Shown here: positions 31,187-39,848 of the stretch, piece by piece
Position numbering within the stretch: the first letter of the stretch is position 1
Layout: each line of letters begins with the position of its first letter
DNA from: a virus
Virus record (IMG/VR): IMGVR_UViG_3300036945_000847
Coordinates: 5,486 to 69,485 of that record
DNA length: 64,000 nt
Strand: one strand, 5' to 3'
Made by a program: the position numbers and the translations under genes
Notes under the pieces: model-generated
What the model was told of the DNA's origin: nothing
What the model saw: only the letters and a program-made list of their open reading frames with translations
The model's database searches: none

Positions 31187-33406
31187 TTATTGTTGAGGCA
31201 TCTGTTCTTCACCACCGCCCATGATTTGTTGCATCAAGTCTGCTGGCATTTCTTCTCCATTTGCAGTTGATTTATCAATCATAGTAGAAGCCATCTTACC
31301 TTGAACATCCAATTCTTTTCTGTAATTAGAACCTTCTTCTTTCATTCCTGCTACTTGCTGTTGCTGTGCCATCTGTTGTTCTTGCTGTGCCTGTTGCATC
31401 ATCTGCATCATTGCTTGTTGTTTTTCAGCATCTCTCTTCTTCTTATTCAAAGAGTATTCCAATTCGCTTACCAACTCGGTATACGTCTTGGCTCTTTCAA
31501 TTCGCAAGTAATCCAACATATCAATCATTTGGTTCTGCATAGATGCTTGAGCCAAACTCAACAAACGTTCTCTAGCTGCATCATCAATAAAGTCTTTAAC
31601 TTTGATATAAACGCCCAACTCTTCGAATTGGAAATCTTTAACAATCTTCAACCATTGTTTGCCCCGAGACCCAATCACTGGAATTTCTTCTTCTGATTCA
31701 GCCATCAATGAAACTTTAAATTGATTCAAAGCAAAGGCCAATTCTTTTTGGATGAATTGAATGAATCCTTGGTAAAGATAAGTAGTTCCCAAGTTAGATT
31801 GAGCGATGGTACCGGCTTGTGTTTTAGCACCGACATAACCGCTCTGTTGTCCCAAAGCAATTTTAGGAACAGATACGATTTCTTCCATCAATCTTTCTTC
31901 TTCTTGGCGCAAGTTGATTAGCAAATTCACATTGGGATCAAGCGTCATGTCTACAACTTCGACCATCTTGGCTTCTTGACCAGATACAAAATCTTCTCCG
32001 GTTGCTGAACCATCAGTAATATGAATACCCATTCTTTCGAAATCAGAGATTACATCCTTAGCCGTAGAAGAACCCAACTTCTGTTTGTTAATCAGATATA
32101 CTTTACCCTTACTACGAGTCATCATTTTGGTAATCTCGTTGGTAATGTAATCGATACGATCTTGGTGTTGGTGGAGACGTGCCACTACAGAACGATTCTC
32201 ACCCATAACCATATTCGGAATAAATACTTTTAATGGTAATTCCACATCGCCAGGGTTGTCGTGCTTTCTCACTTGGTTTGTTACCTCCTCAGCATCAACA
32301 ATATACTTATTACCGATTAGAGTTCCTTTGTAAATTGTTTTGGTCCAATACTGACCCTTCCTACCATTTCTAATTTTACTGTAGTGAGTATTACCAAATT
32401 TATCTCCAGACTTCTCATAACCCATATCCTTCATACCAACCCAATAGCCAGTAACACACGCCAAGGTTGGCAAATTGTTTACGTTGAATGCCCAGTTGGT
32501 TGCATAAGGGTGAGTAGTCAAATCGAGCAACTGATATAAGTTGTTCATATTGATTTGCTTGATTTCTTCAATCTCTTCAATAGTGAGTGAGTCTTGATAA
32601 CGTTCGATTATATCAGTTACATTCAACCAATCAATTTTACCTACAAAACGGGCCTCAGAATTGAAATCGTCATCTTTCGCCCTATCAACAATAAGATTAT
32701 GAGGTAGCACAACATCAAAATACTGCTTACCATTTTCTATTCTATTTTCTATTCCTACGTATCCACCTAGCAAGGTATACAAAAAGGCTTGCTTGAATTT
32801 CTCCATGTATGAATTACGATGTAGAATATCCTCACACATTGTCATAGCAATGATTTCAGAATATTCTTTGTAATCGTATTCCATGTAACGATAAATGTCT
32901 TCTGGAACTTCAAACCCTTGTTGGGCATTACCCATGGGATTATATTCAATTCCAAATTGCGCCATCCTCTCAAATAACTCGGGCATATCAAATTTCAATA
33001 GCGCCTGATCGAGCAATTTGGTTTTTTTGTTGATGGTCGCCTTACTCTGAGATTTAACACTTGGTTCAACGTTCTCAATCATCTTGATTGCGTTACCAAC
33101 CATGTAGTCAACTAAGGAGGTTATTTTTTGACCATTGATCCAAACTGTTGGCAAATCACAACCGCTTTGGTCTTGGGTTGTGTAGTAATAATCTTTGTTG
33201 TATTGTCTCCCTAGATAGTAGGTAAACATTCTCACCACTTCATCAATAGGATTTTCTAAATCTTCTTGTTTTCTAATTCTTGAAATGCGGTCGTGTCTCT
33301 TATTGAAATGAGACATGATAAATTTTAGATTCTCCTTATACCAAATTTTGTTTTTTTCACTTTCTGATAAAAACTGCTTTGGTTGATTAGTTATAGTGAA
33401 TGCCAT
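31187..33406 (-). CDS. portal protein
   Basis: 739 aa; N-terminal PKQFLSESEK...W, SVVARL...Q, GQ....G.KT, Gln/Met-rich C-terminal barrel typical of crAss/P22-like portals. Confidence 0.85.
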   Translation of the reverse strand: MAFTITNQPKQFLSESEKNKIWYKENLKFIMSHFNKRHDRISRIRKQEDLENPIDEVVRMFTYYLGRQYNKDYYYTTQDQSGCDLPTVWINGQKITSLVDYMVGNAIKMIENVEPSVKSQSKATINKKTKLLDQALLKFDMPELFERMAQFGIEYNPMGNAQQGFEVPEDIYRYMEYDYKEYSEIIAMTMCEDILHRNSYMEKFKQAFLYTLLGGYVGIENRIENGKQYFDVVLPHNLIVDRAKDDDFNSEARFVGKIDWLNVTDIIERYQDSLTIEEIEEIKQINMNNLYQLLDLTTHPYATNWAFNVNNLPTLACVTGYWVGMKDMGYEKSGDKFGNTHYSKIRNGRKGQYWTKTIYKGTLIGNKYIVDAEEVTNQVRKHDNPGDVELPLKVFIPNMVMGENRSVVARLHQHQDRIDYITNEITKMMTRSKGKVYLINKQKLGSSTAKDVISDFERMGIHITDGSATGEDFVSGQEAKMVEVVDMTLDPNVNLLINLRQEEERLMEEIVSVPKIALGQQSGYVGAKTQAGTIAQSNLGTTYLYQGFIQFIQKELAFALNQFKVSLMAESEEEIPVIGSRGKQWLKIVKDFQFEELGVYIKVKDFIDDAARERLLSLAQASMQNQMIDMLDYLRIERAKTYTELVSELEYSLNKKKRDAEKQQAMMQMMQQAQQEQQMAQQQQVAGMKEEGSNYRKELDVQGKMASTMIDKSTANGEEMPADLMQQIMGGGEEQMPQQ

Positions 33407-33688
33407 TACTACAAATTTATGAAATTTTATTTGTAATTCACAATACTATTACTTAGTATATTGCCTTCCGAGACGTAAGACAGAGTATTTTCTTGGGTGA
33501 ACCACTATTTAAACCATACCCCCCTTTCCCCCCTTTCCTTTAAAAGCCTCAAAAAAAGCTTTTGTGAAAATTGGTTCAGGTGTGGTAGTGGTTGTGATTC
33601 CCAAGCGTACTTTCTCGTTCATCCCCACACAGTCCTTCAAGACATACCCCCATTAAAAACTAAGGACTGCGGTGCAAACATAATATCA

Positions 33689-34087
33689 TTATTCTGAAAA
33701 GTCAAGTATGTAATGTCTTGGAGTCAACTTTTTTATGTAGAACTCAATAAACTCGGCACCTTTCAGAACTAATTTTTTTTCTACGATGAGTCTGAAGATG
33801 TATTTATCGTTGAATCCGTACTTCTTCTGCAAGATGTCTACGAAGGGTTTTACGACATTATCTATGTCTGAGGCCATGTTGGATAACCCTACGACCATTG
33901 AGAGCTCTATGGGCTCCTTAGACGTGCTTAAATCGTATGGTTGTAACTTCAGCAGTACTTCCTTTTCGTAAGCGGTGTATTCTGGTGTTTTGAATCTTTT
34001 ACCTTGCCAGGCTCTGTTTACTGACAAAGGTTTAATTTCTACTCTGTTTGAAAAGAGCAGGATATGTTTTTTTGAGGATATCGCCAT
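33689..34087 (-). CDS. rusA: RusA-family Holliday junction resolvase
   Basis: PLSVN..W..RFKT.EY..Y and DIDN..K...D.L.....ND..I catalytic Asp pattern. Confidence 0.75.
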   Translation of the reverse strand: MAISSKKHILLFSNRVEIKPLSVNRAWQGKRFKTPEYTAYEKEVLLKLQPYDLSTSKEPIELSMVVGLSNMASDIDNVVKPFVDILQKKYGFNDKYIFRLIVEKKLVLKGAEFIEFYIKKLTPRHYILDFSE

Positions 34088-34445
34088 GAGTTTCTAAATC
34101 GTTAAATAATAAAAGTTCTACGGGCAATCCGTAAAACTCAGCCACAAGAAAGAAAGTTCTTAAACTTCCTACTCTCTTCTTGCCAAAAATGTAATCGTTG
34201 TGATCGGGATGAGCAATGACACCCATAAATTCCCTAATTTTTCCGTAAGTTGGATATTGTTTATGTAGAGTTTCTAGATAACTGACATTCTTAACAAAAG
34301 TACTGCTGATTTCTTGCATCTTTTGGTCAATGCGAACATTGTAGAATGTTTCTCTTACTTCAGCAATCATGGAGGCTTCGAGAATTATATTCAAGCCTTT
34401 CTTTTTGATGTCAATTATCTGCTTGTCTAATTCATCGTAGGTCAT
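34032..34445 (-). CDS. hypothetical protein, possible degenerate HTH C-terminus
   Basis: 137-aa ORF, ..VAEFYGLPVELLLF.DL XRE-like tail. Confidence 0.45.
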   Translation of the reverse strand: MTYDELDKQIIDIKKKGLNIILEASMIAEVRETFYNVRIDQKMQEISSTFVKNVSYLETLHKQYPTYGKIREFMGVIAHPDHNDYIFGKKRVGSLRTFFLVAEFYGLPVELLLFNDLETHGDILKKTYPALFKQSRN

Positions 34446-34684
34446 ACGGTAATTGACTGGTTAAAATACTCCATGTATTTTTCATTTTCATTGATGCAGT
34501 TTTGAACTTCACGCATAACAAGAATTAATTTTTGACTATCGATTAATGATTTTCCGTTTAGGATGTTGTAAACGTCATACTTCTTAACGCCAAATGCTGA
34601 CGTTCTCTCCACGATGCGAGCCATGTCCCCCCTGCGGAGTTTTGATTTTAGCTCGACCACTTTATTTTTTAATTCGTTGTTCAT
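34442..34684 (-). CDS. small HTH-like protein
   Basis: Likely start MNNELK (34684); LRRGDMARI....YDVYNILNG pattern. Confidence 0.5.
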   Translation of the reverse strand: MNNELKNKVVELKSKLRRGDMARIVERTSAFGVKKYDVYNILNGKSLIDSQKLILVMREVQNCINENEKYMEYFNQSITV

Positions 34685-34756
34685 AATAATATACAATTTT
34701 AATATTTTTTTTTGTAATTTCCAAATTTGGTTGTATATTCGCCTCACAATATAGTT

Positions 34757-35362
34757 ATGGCTTTAAAAGAAAAAACAACCCCATTAGTTTATCTTACTAT
34801 CAGAGAAGGTAAGATTGCAAAGAAAGAAGGCGAAAAGTACATCTTGTTCGACTCAGTAGAAGGTTACATCCGTGCGATTAGTACGAGAGACCACAAGTAT
34901 GGTACAGATTTGTGCATCACGTTGGAAGACGATCAGATGTATCAATTGCAAATTAAAATGAAAGGTGAAGAACCTACTAGTAAGCAGACTTCTTACTTTA
35001 TTGCTTTTGCGCATTGTTGCCCTTCAATCAATCCTCACTTGAGAGTGGAATTTATTCCAAACTTGAAAATTGTTGATGATAAGAAGAGAAGTGCTTTGTT
35101 TATCAAACAGAATGGCGAAGTAATGAAGTGGGCCTTTAAAATCGGTCAAGAAGGCGTACCTGCTCCAGAGGAATTGAAGAACAAAAAAGGAGAAGTGATT
35201 AGTGTGGATTGGTCAGAGGTTGAGGCTTACAGAGTTGATAAAGTAAATGAGTTTACTCGTAACTTGGCTCCTGTAGTTCCAAATGATATCGTTACTGACC
35301 ATGCGGTTAATCCTTACGTAGAGTCTCCTCAGGACGATGATTTTGGGGATCTTCCGTTCTAA
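34757..35362 (+). CDS. single-stranded DNA-binding protein (putative)
   Basis: Acidic C-terminal DDDFGDLPF tail; TATATTCG promoter-like box upstream; start at MALKEK. Confidence 0.65.
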   Translation: MALKEKTTPLVYLTIREGKIAKKEGEKYILFDSVEGYIRAISTRDHKYGTDLCITLEDDQMYQLQIKMKGEEPTSKQTSYFIAFAHCCPSINPHLRVEFIPNLKIVDDKKRSALFIKQNGEVMKWAFKIGQEGVPAPEELKNKKGEVISVDWSEVEAYRVDKVNEFTRNLAPVVPNDIVTDHAVNPYVESPQDDDFGDLPF

Positions 35363-35601
35363 TGGCAAGAGGCGTAAACGATATGGCATTGGCTAATAAG
35401 ATTGGAGGTAAAGTTGAACCTGCTCATATGAAACATTATGGGCAGGAGCAGCGCTCTATAGTTCGGCAGTCTTCTTTGAAAAGTGCCGTTTCTTTGGTGG
35501 AGGCAATACTACCCAGACTCCAAGTAGATTTCACGGTTAGCGATATTCGCAACCTCACTTTGGAAACCGCTGAGATGTTTGAGGAATGGGTCTCCAGATA
35601 G
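35362..35601 (+). CDS. small conserved recombination-module protein
   Basis: IVRQSSLKSAV..A..FEEWV pattern; coupled between SSB and YqaJ. Confidence 0.55.
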   Translation: MARGVNDMALANKIGGKVEPAHMKHYGQEQRSIVRQSSLKSAVSLVEAILPRLQVDFTVSDIRNLTLETAEMFEEWVSR

Positions 35602-36569
35602 TTCAAATCAACAAAGACAAGTCATACGAAGAGTGGATTAATTTCCGCTCTCGTGGGCTTGGTGCCTCAGAGATTGGTACCTTAATGGGTGTCAACTCTT
35701 GGAAAAGCCCAGCAGAACTTTATTATCAGAAGATTGGTTTAATCCCACAGAAGGTAGAGCCCAACATTCCTATGTTCATGGGTACTATCTTGGAGAAAAC
35801 TGTTGCTGAGATATTCGAGTACTGGGATGGAGATGATGAGAGTATGCTGCGTAACCACGAAGCCCAAACAAAAGTGCGGACTTTGTACGAGCCTGTAGGG
35901 TATGTAATCAATCCCGATTACCCACACCTATTCTTTTCTCCAGACCGATTGCAAATCAAATCAAAAAATTTACGTATAAGAGATGGTAGAATTAACTTGG
36001 AAAATGTGGAAGCGGTTATTGAGATTAAGACAATTAGTGGATGGAGTAGCAAGCAGTGGGCAGGTGGTGTACCACCGTCTTATTACTTACAGCTCCAAAC
36101 GTATCTTATGGGTCTTGGGATTGATACCGGCTATCTTGTTGCTCTCGAAGACGGACGGAATCTAAAGGTTCACAAGTTTGATAGGGATCAAGAGATGATT
36201 GAAATGATTGGCAATGTAACTCGAGAGTTTTGGAATCGAGTAGAGGCTGGTCGTTTGGCTCTTGAATTGGGAGAGGACTACGAGCAATTTGCTCCGCCAC
36301 CAGATGGTACAGAGGCTTACTCTGAGTTCTTAAATGAGAAGTACAAGAACCCCGAGGAGAATTCAATTGTATCTACTCCAGAGATTGACGAGTTTATCTT
36401 GCAATACAAAGTTAAGAATACAGAGATTTCTATTCTTGAGGATGAGAAGCGAGAGGCTGCCAATTTCATCAAAGATTACATGGGTAACAATATGATTTTG
36501 GCCTCAGACGAGGGTAAAGTCACTTGGAGACCCAATACCAAGGGATCTAGAGTATTCAGAGTTGGATGA
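35586..36569 (+). CDS. YqaJ-like (lambda exonuclease family) recombinase/exonuclease
   Basis: EW...R..GLGASE, SPDRL, IEIKT, YYLQLQTY motifs. Confidence 0.85.
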   Translation: MGLQIVQINKDKSYEEWINFRSRGLGASEIGTLMGVNSWKSPAELYYQKIGLIPQKVEPNIPMFMGTILEKTVAEIFEYWDGDDESMLRNHEAQTKVRTLYEPVGYVINPDYPHLFFSPDRLQIKSKNLRIRDGRINLENVEAVIEIKTISGWSSKQWAGGVPPSYYLQLQTYLMGLGIDTGYLVALEDGRNLKVHKFDRDQEMIEMIGNVTREFWNRVEAGRLALELGEDYEQFAPPPDGTEAYSEFLNEKYKNPEENSIVSTPEIDEFILQYKVKNTEISILEDEKREAANFIKDYMGNNMILASDEGKVTWRPNTKGSRVFRVG

Positions 36570-36847
36570 GCAAGAAAGATATTGGATGGTATCAAAAGAT
36601 GTGGAACACACGTCCTCATCAGTGCCAGGAGTGTGGTATACATCTACCACACTTCAGTCCGATGTTCATCTCGCATATCATTACAAAAGGAAGTTATCCG
36701 AGTCTGAGGAATCATCCCGAAAACTTTATGATATACTGTACCTCATGTCATCAGCAATGGGAGTTTGGGAAGAGGACGGAGATGAAGACGTATGATGAGG
36801 CTATGGAGATAATGGATAGATTAAAAAGAGAGTATCATACAAAATAA
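36566..36847 (+). CDS. Zn-finger HNH / NinG-like nuclease
   Basis: CQECG..SHI..KG.YP.LR....N....CTSCH. Confidence 0.65.
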   Translation: MSKKDIGWYQKMWNTRPHQCQECGIHLPHFSPMFISHIITKGSYPSLRNHPENFMIYCTSCHQQWEFGKRTEMKTYDEAMEIMDRLKREYHTK

Positions 36848-36849
36848 AG

Positions 36850-36881
36850 TTTGCATAAGTAAACCTTTTAATATATCTTTG
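36850..36881 (+). promoter_or_regulatory. Bacteroidota sigma-A promoter of the HNH gene
   Basis: TTTG (36850-53), 20 nt, TATCTTTG (36874-81), then ATG 4 nt later. Confidence 0.7.
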
Positions 36882-36885
36882 TATT

Positions 36886-37296
36886 ATGCCTAGAAAAAGA
36901 GATAGCAAATATGATGATGCTTACCAACTTTATTTGGATGGGATGTCGTTAGATCAAATTGCCAATTCTATTGGGGTTACAAGACAATGTGTTTATAAAG
37001 CATTTAAGAAAAGAGAATTTATTCTTCGGAGTCCTAATTTTCAACCTCATCAATATTTTGACGAACATAAGTTTACTTTGAGGAATCATGGCTATTATGA
37101 GAAAACTACTGGTAATAGAGAATTAATGCATCGTTATGTTTGGGAAAAGCATAATGGAGCAATTCCCGAAAAACACGATATTCACCACAAGAATCATAAT
37201 AAGGCCGACAACTCAATTGAAAATCTTGAATTGCTTTGTCACAAAGAACACGCAAGAAAATATGCAACGGGGAATAATCAGCATACGAAAAAATGA
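36886..37296 (+). CDS. free-standing HNH homing endonuclease with N-terminal HTH
   Basis: HRYVWEKHNG.IP....IHHKNHNKADNSIENLELL...EH. Confidence 0.85.
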   Translation: MPRKRDSKYDDAYQLYLDGMSLDQIANSIGVTRQCVYKAFKKREFILRSPNFQPHQYFDEHKFTLRNHGYYEKTTGNRELMHRYVWEKHNGAIPEKHDIHHKNHNKADNSIENLELLCHKEHARKYATGNNQHTKK

Positions 37297-38279
37297 TTCA
37301 CTTTAGTTTATTTTCGGGTTTGGGAGGATTTGATCTAGCTGCCGAGTGGATGGGTTGGAAAAACTATTTAAGTTGTGATATCAATCCTTTCAGCAGAAAG
37401 ATATGTGAATTCTATTGGCCAGAAGGATATCACCACGATGATATTAAGACATTAAACTATGACACAATTAACATTGAACTTTCAAGGAGATTCGGAAGCC
37501 ACTGGAGAAATGAGGACATTATCCTCACCGGTGGCTTCCCATAACTGTGCCAGCCCTTCAGTGTCGCTGGAAAAAGGATGGGAAAAGAAGATAATCGCCA
37601 TCTTTGGCCAGAGTTCTTCCGAGCAATCAGAGAAATTAAACCAAGATATGTCGTGGGGGAAAATGTTCGTGGATTCCTTAATTGGTCGGACGGATTGGTC
37701 CTCGAAGAGGTGTACGCTGATTTGGAAAGTGAAGGATACGAAGTCCAAACGTTTGTACTTCCAGCTGTCGGCATTAACGCCCCGCACCGCAGAGATAGAG
37801 TCTACATTATTGCCCACGCCAACAGCGATGCAGGACGAAGCGAATCCAGCGAAGGTGGACGCACGGAATGCGAAGCAAGTGGCAATGGGGAATCCTCCAT
37901 TTATCTTGGGTCTCAGTCAAATGGCAATGAGGGGAATGCTACCAACACCGAACAGTTACGATTGGAACACAGCAGCAAAACCCGAAACGTATTTGGCTCG
38001 GTCTCAGAGGCACAAGGACAAGAATGTAAATCTCCAGATGAGTTTAAGACAAATGACAATGTTCATCCCCAACAAGGTGGACCATCCGAAACTTGGGACG
38101 GCTTCCCAATTAAATCCCCACTTTGTAGCGGAGATTATGGGCTTCCCACTGAATTGGACGGACTTACCTTTCCTAAGTGGAGAAAAGAAAGTATAATGGG
38201 ATATGGCAATGCCATTGTTCCTCAAATCGCTTACCGTATATTTGCAACCATAGATGAAATCGAATCACAGAAGTCCTAA
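37293..38279 (+). pseudogene. C5-cytosine DNA methyltransferase main chain, interrupted by an in-frame TAA CTG insertion in the catalytic motif
   Basis: Motif I SLFSGLGG, motif IV GGFP*L-CQPFS, VI GENV.G, VIII HRRDRVY, X GNAIVP all in one frame; stop at 37542-44. Confidence 0.75.
37459..38196 (+). CDS. alternative-frame second subunit of the C5 MTase (LPTP repeats, motif IX)
   Basis: Nested 245-aa ORF with LPTP x2 and LNPHFVAEIMGFP..WT (motif IX), which the main frame lacks; M.EcoHK31I-like architecture. Confidence 0.7.
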   Translation: MTQLTLNFQGDSEATGEMRTLSSPVASHNCASPSVSLEKGWEKKIIAIFGQSSSEQSEKLNQDMSWGKMFVDSLIGRTDWSSKRCTLIWKVKDTKSKRLYFQLSALTPRTAEIESTLLPTPTAMQDEANPAKVDARNAKQVAMGNPPFILGLSQMAMRGMLPTPNSYDWNTAAKPETYLARSQRHKDKNVNLQMSLRQMTMFIPNKVDHPKLGTASQLNPHFVAEIMGFPLNWTDLPFLSGEKKV

Positions 38280-38697
38280 GATAGACAAGAAGCAGTATCT
38301 GCGTTACATGAAGACGTACTTGTGGGCAATTCGCCATAGCAAGGATGAATTAATCCAAACGGTTATGGGTAGACACATAGATGATTACCCGACTAGCGCA
38401 GCAACTCTAGAAGAGGCTGTAAACAACATGGATTTCAAACACGAGTTGCGTCAGACTGGTTTAAGTATGACCGATATGTATGCAATCAAAGAAGCACTTA
38501 ATTTAATTGAGAAAAATGACACCGAAAGAAGAAGCATTGAAGATGGAGCGGGAGATAACGAATCTCCCATTTCAAATGGACACCTTCCGTTACAGGGAGA
38601 TAGCGAAGTACTCGATAAACCTATTGAAGAGAGAACTACAAGAGGTAGAAAAAGTATCGAGAGTCAACATGACGGAGTTAATCCGCTATTGGGATGA
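38254..38697 (+). CDS. hypothetical protein
   Basis: 147-aa ORF; its C-terminal part overlaps the next gene. Confidence 0.45.
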   Translation: MKSNHRSPKIDKKQYLRYMKTYLWAIRHSKDELIQTVMGRHIDDYPTSAATLEEAVNNMDFKHELRQTGLSMTDMYAIKEALNLIEKNDTERRSIEDGAGDNESPISNGHLPLQGDSEVLDKPIEERTTRGRKSIESQHDGVNPLLG

Positions 38698-38719
38698 AGT
38701 AAAAAATAATTTACCATGA
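38516..38719 (+). CDS. MTPKE..A-family small phage protein
   Basis: MTPKEEA...YWDEVK; paralogue of 52423..52647. Confidence 0.55.
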   Translation: MTPKEEALKMEREITNLPFQMDTFRYREIAKYSINLLKRELQEVEKVSRVNMTELIRYWDEVKNNLP

Positions 38720-39003
38720 CAAAATATACAGTAAGAGGTCAGAGAGTTATTGTAACTCCGCCAGAGATTAAACAAAGCGTTATCGAAGTAGACGATAAGT
38801 TGAAAAGAGAACTGATGGAAAAGGAAATGAAGAAGTGGTGGAATTTGACCACTTTAGCCGTGGGTGATGAAGTTGTAGGGATTGAACCTGGAGACGAAGT
38901 TTATGTCAATCCTATCTTCTTGCACAATGCAGAGAGAATCGAGATAGATGGAGTAGAGCACATGATTGTGCGTGCTGCTGATATATCTATTGTTTGGAAA
39001 TAA
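38716..39003 (+). CDS. groES: GroES/Cpn10-like co-chaperonin
   Basis: RVIV..., LAVGDEV..IEPGDEVY, IEIDGVEHMIVR..DI. Confidence 0.75.
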   Translation: MTKYTVRGQRVIVTPPEIKQSVIEVDDKLKRELMEKEMKKWWNLTTLAVGDEVVGIEPGDEVYVNPIFLHNAERIEIDGVEHMIVRAADISIVWK

Positions 39004-39008
39004 AAATT

Positions 39009-39164
39009 ATGGAATCAAATACAGCAAAACAGATCATCGCTGAGGCGTTGAACATCGCAATCGCAAGGGGTTGCTTCGGATTGGTAGAAGTACAAAACAT
39101 TGTTAAGGCCCTAGAGGTAATTAATGAAGTGCCAGAAATTCAGTTTGAGAAAGAGGTAGATTAA
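39009..39164 (+). CDS. 51-aa hypothetical protein
   Basis: Hand translation MESNTAKQIIAEALNIAIARGCF..., directly after GroES. Confidence 0.55.
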   Translation: MESNTAKQIIAEALNIAIARGCFGLVEVQNIVKALEVINEVPEIQFEKEVD

Positions 39165-39175
39165 ATCTATCTTTG
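39144..39175 (+). promoter_or_regulatory. sigma-A promoter of a small RNA
   Basis: TTTG (39144-47), 20 nt, TATCTTTG (39168-75); no ORF follows before the terminator. Confidence 0.6.
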
Positions 39176-39179
39176 TATC

Positions 39180-39252
39180 GCCTTGGGATAGCATCCCTCG
39201 GCCAAAAGTTCCCACCTGCATACCGTAAGATCTGCTCGTGGGACTTTTTTTT
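39180..39252 (+). ncRNA. candidate ~70-nt small RNA
   Basis: GCC..GGGAT-AGC-ATCCC..GGC hairpin, then AAAAGTTCCCAC..GTGGGACTTTT stem with U-tract. Confidence 0.45.
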
Positions 39253-39259
39253 GTAAAAA

Positions 39260-39291
39260 TTTGTATTAATTGGTATTTCTAGTTATATTTG
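39260..39291 (+). promoter_or_regulatory. sigma-A promoter of tmRNA / tRNA-like operon
   Basis: TTTG (39260-63), 20 nt, TATATTTG (39284-91). Confidence 0.7.
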
Positions 39292-39312
39292 CATTCTAGT
39301 TCTTTGATTTAT

Positions 39313-39658
39313 GGGGAAGAAATGGAATCGACAGGATTGATTGGGTTCGATGTTCACGCAGAGAGATGGTACTGTTCTCTTTAATCACGTATCAAAAAAT
39401 TTAAACGGCAACGTAGAATTATCACCAATGGCTTTTGAAGATGCAATGTCTTTCGTTTCTAACGAATACAAAGTAGCAGCTTAAGCTATGGGGAGTCATC
39501 CCTGGGAACAGAAAATGGCAAAAGACGTTTTGCTAGTTATGTCAAAACTAGATGGTGGAATTGAAATACGGTGCAGAGTTTACTCAGTACTAAGCGTGTA
39601 AATAAAGACATTGGATTGCGACTTTCTCTGGACGGGAGTTCGATACTCCCCTTCTCCA
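39313..39658 (+). ncRNA. ssrA: tmRNA
   Basis: 5' GGGGAAG..GGAATCGAC; 3' GACGGGAGTTCGATACTCCCCTTCTCCA; acceptor stem with G3-U70; tag ORF 39407-39484 ending YKVAA-stop. Confidence 0.9.
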
Positions 39659-39664
39659 CAACAT

Positions 39665-39786
39665 AGTCAGGTGGCGAAATGAAGGTAACGCAATGTGATG
39701 CTGCTATCCGTAAGCAAAAACGGTGAAAGGATTTAGCAAATCACGCTAAGAAACACATTTTACAGGTTCGAATCCTGTCCTGACTA
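39665..39786 (+). ncRNA. tRNA-like RNA 1 (122 nt; anticodon arm replaced by a ~70-nt branched structure)
   Basis: Acceptor AGTCAGG/CCTGACT-A, D arm GCG..GGTAA-CGC, T arm ACAGG-TTCGAAT-CCTGT. Confidence 0.75.
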
Positions 39787-39848
39787 CGAAAGCCAAGAGC
39801 CTCTCGAAGTAAGCACACTGGTTGACGGCTCGGAAAGACGAGCAATAT

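Noticed and set aside
754-32233. Numerous plus-strand ORFs of 60-220 aa in the structural region (e.g. 6234..6896, 28199..28807)
   Set aside because: They are antisense shadows of long minus-strand genes, with no motifs or initiation context.
37542-37544. Genome-wide stop-codon reassignment explaining the MTase stop
   Set aside because: TAA, TGA and TAG all end genes normally here, long ORFs are intact in the standard code, and the stop comes with an extra Leu codon, so it is an insertion.
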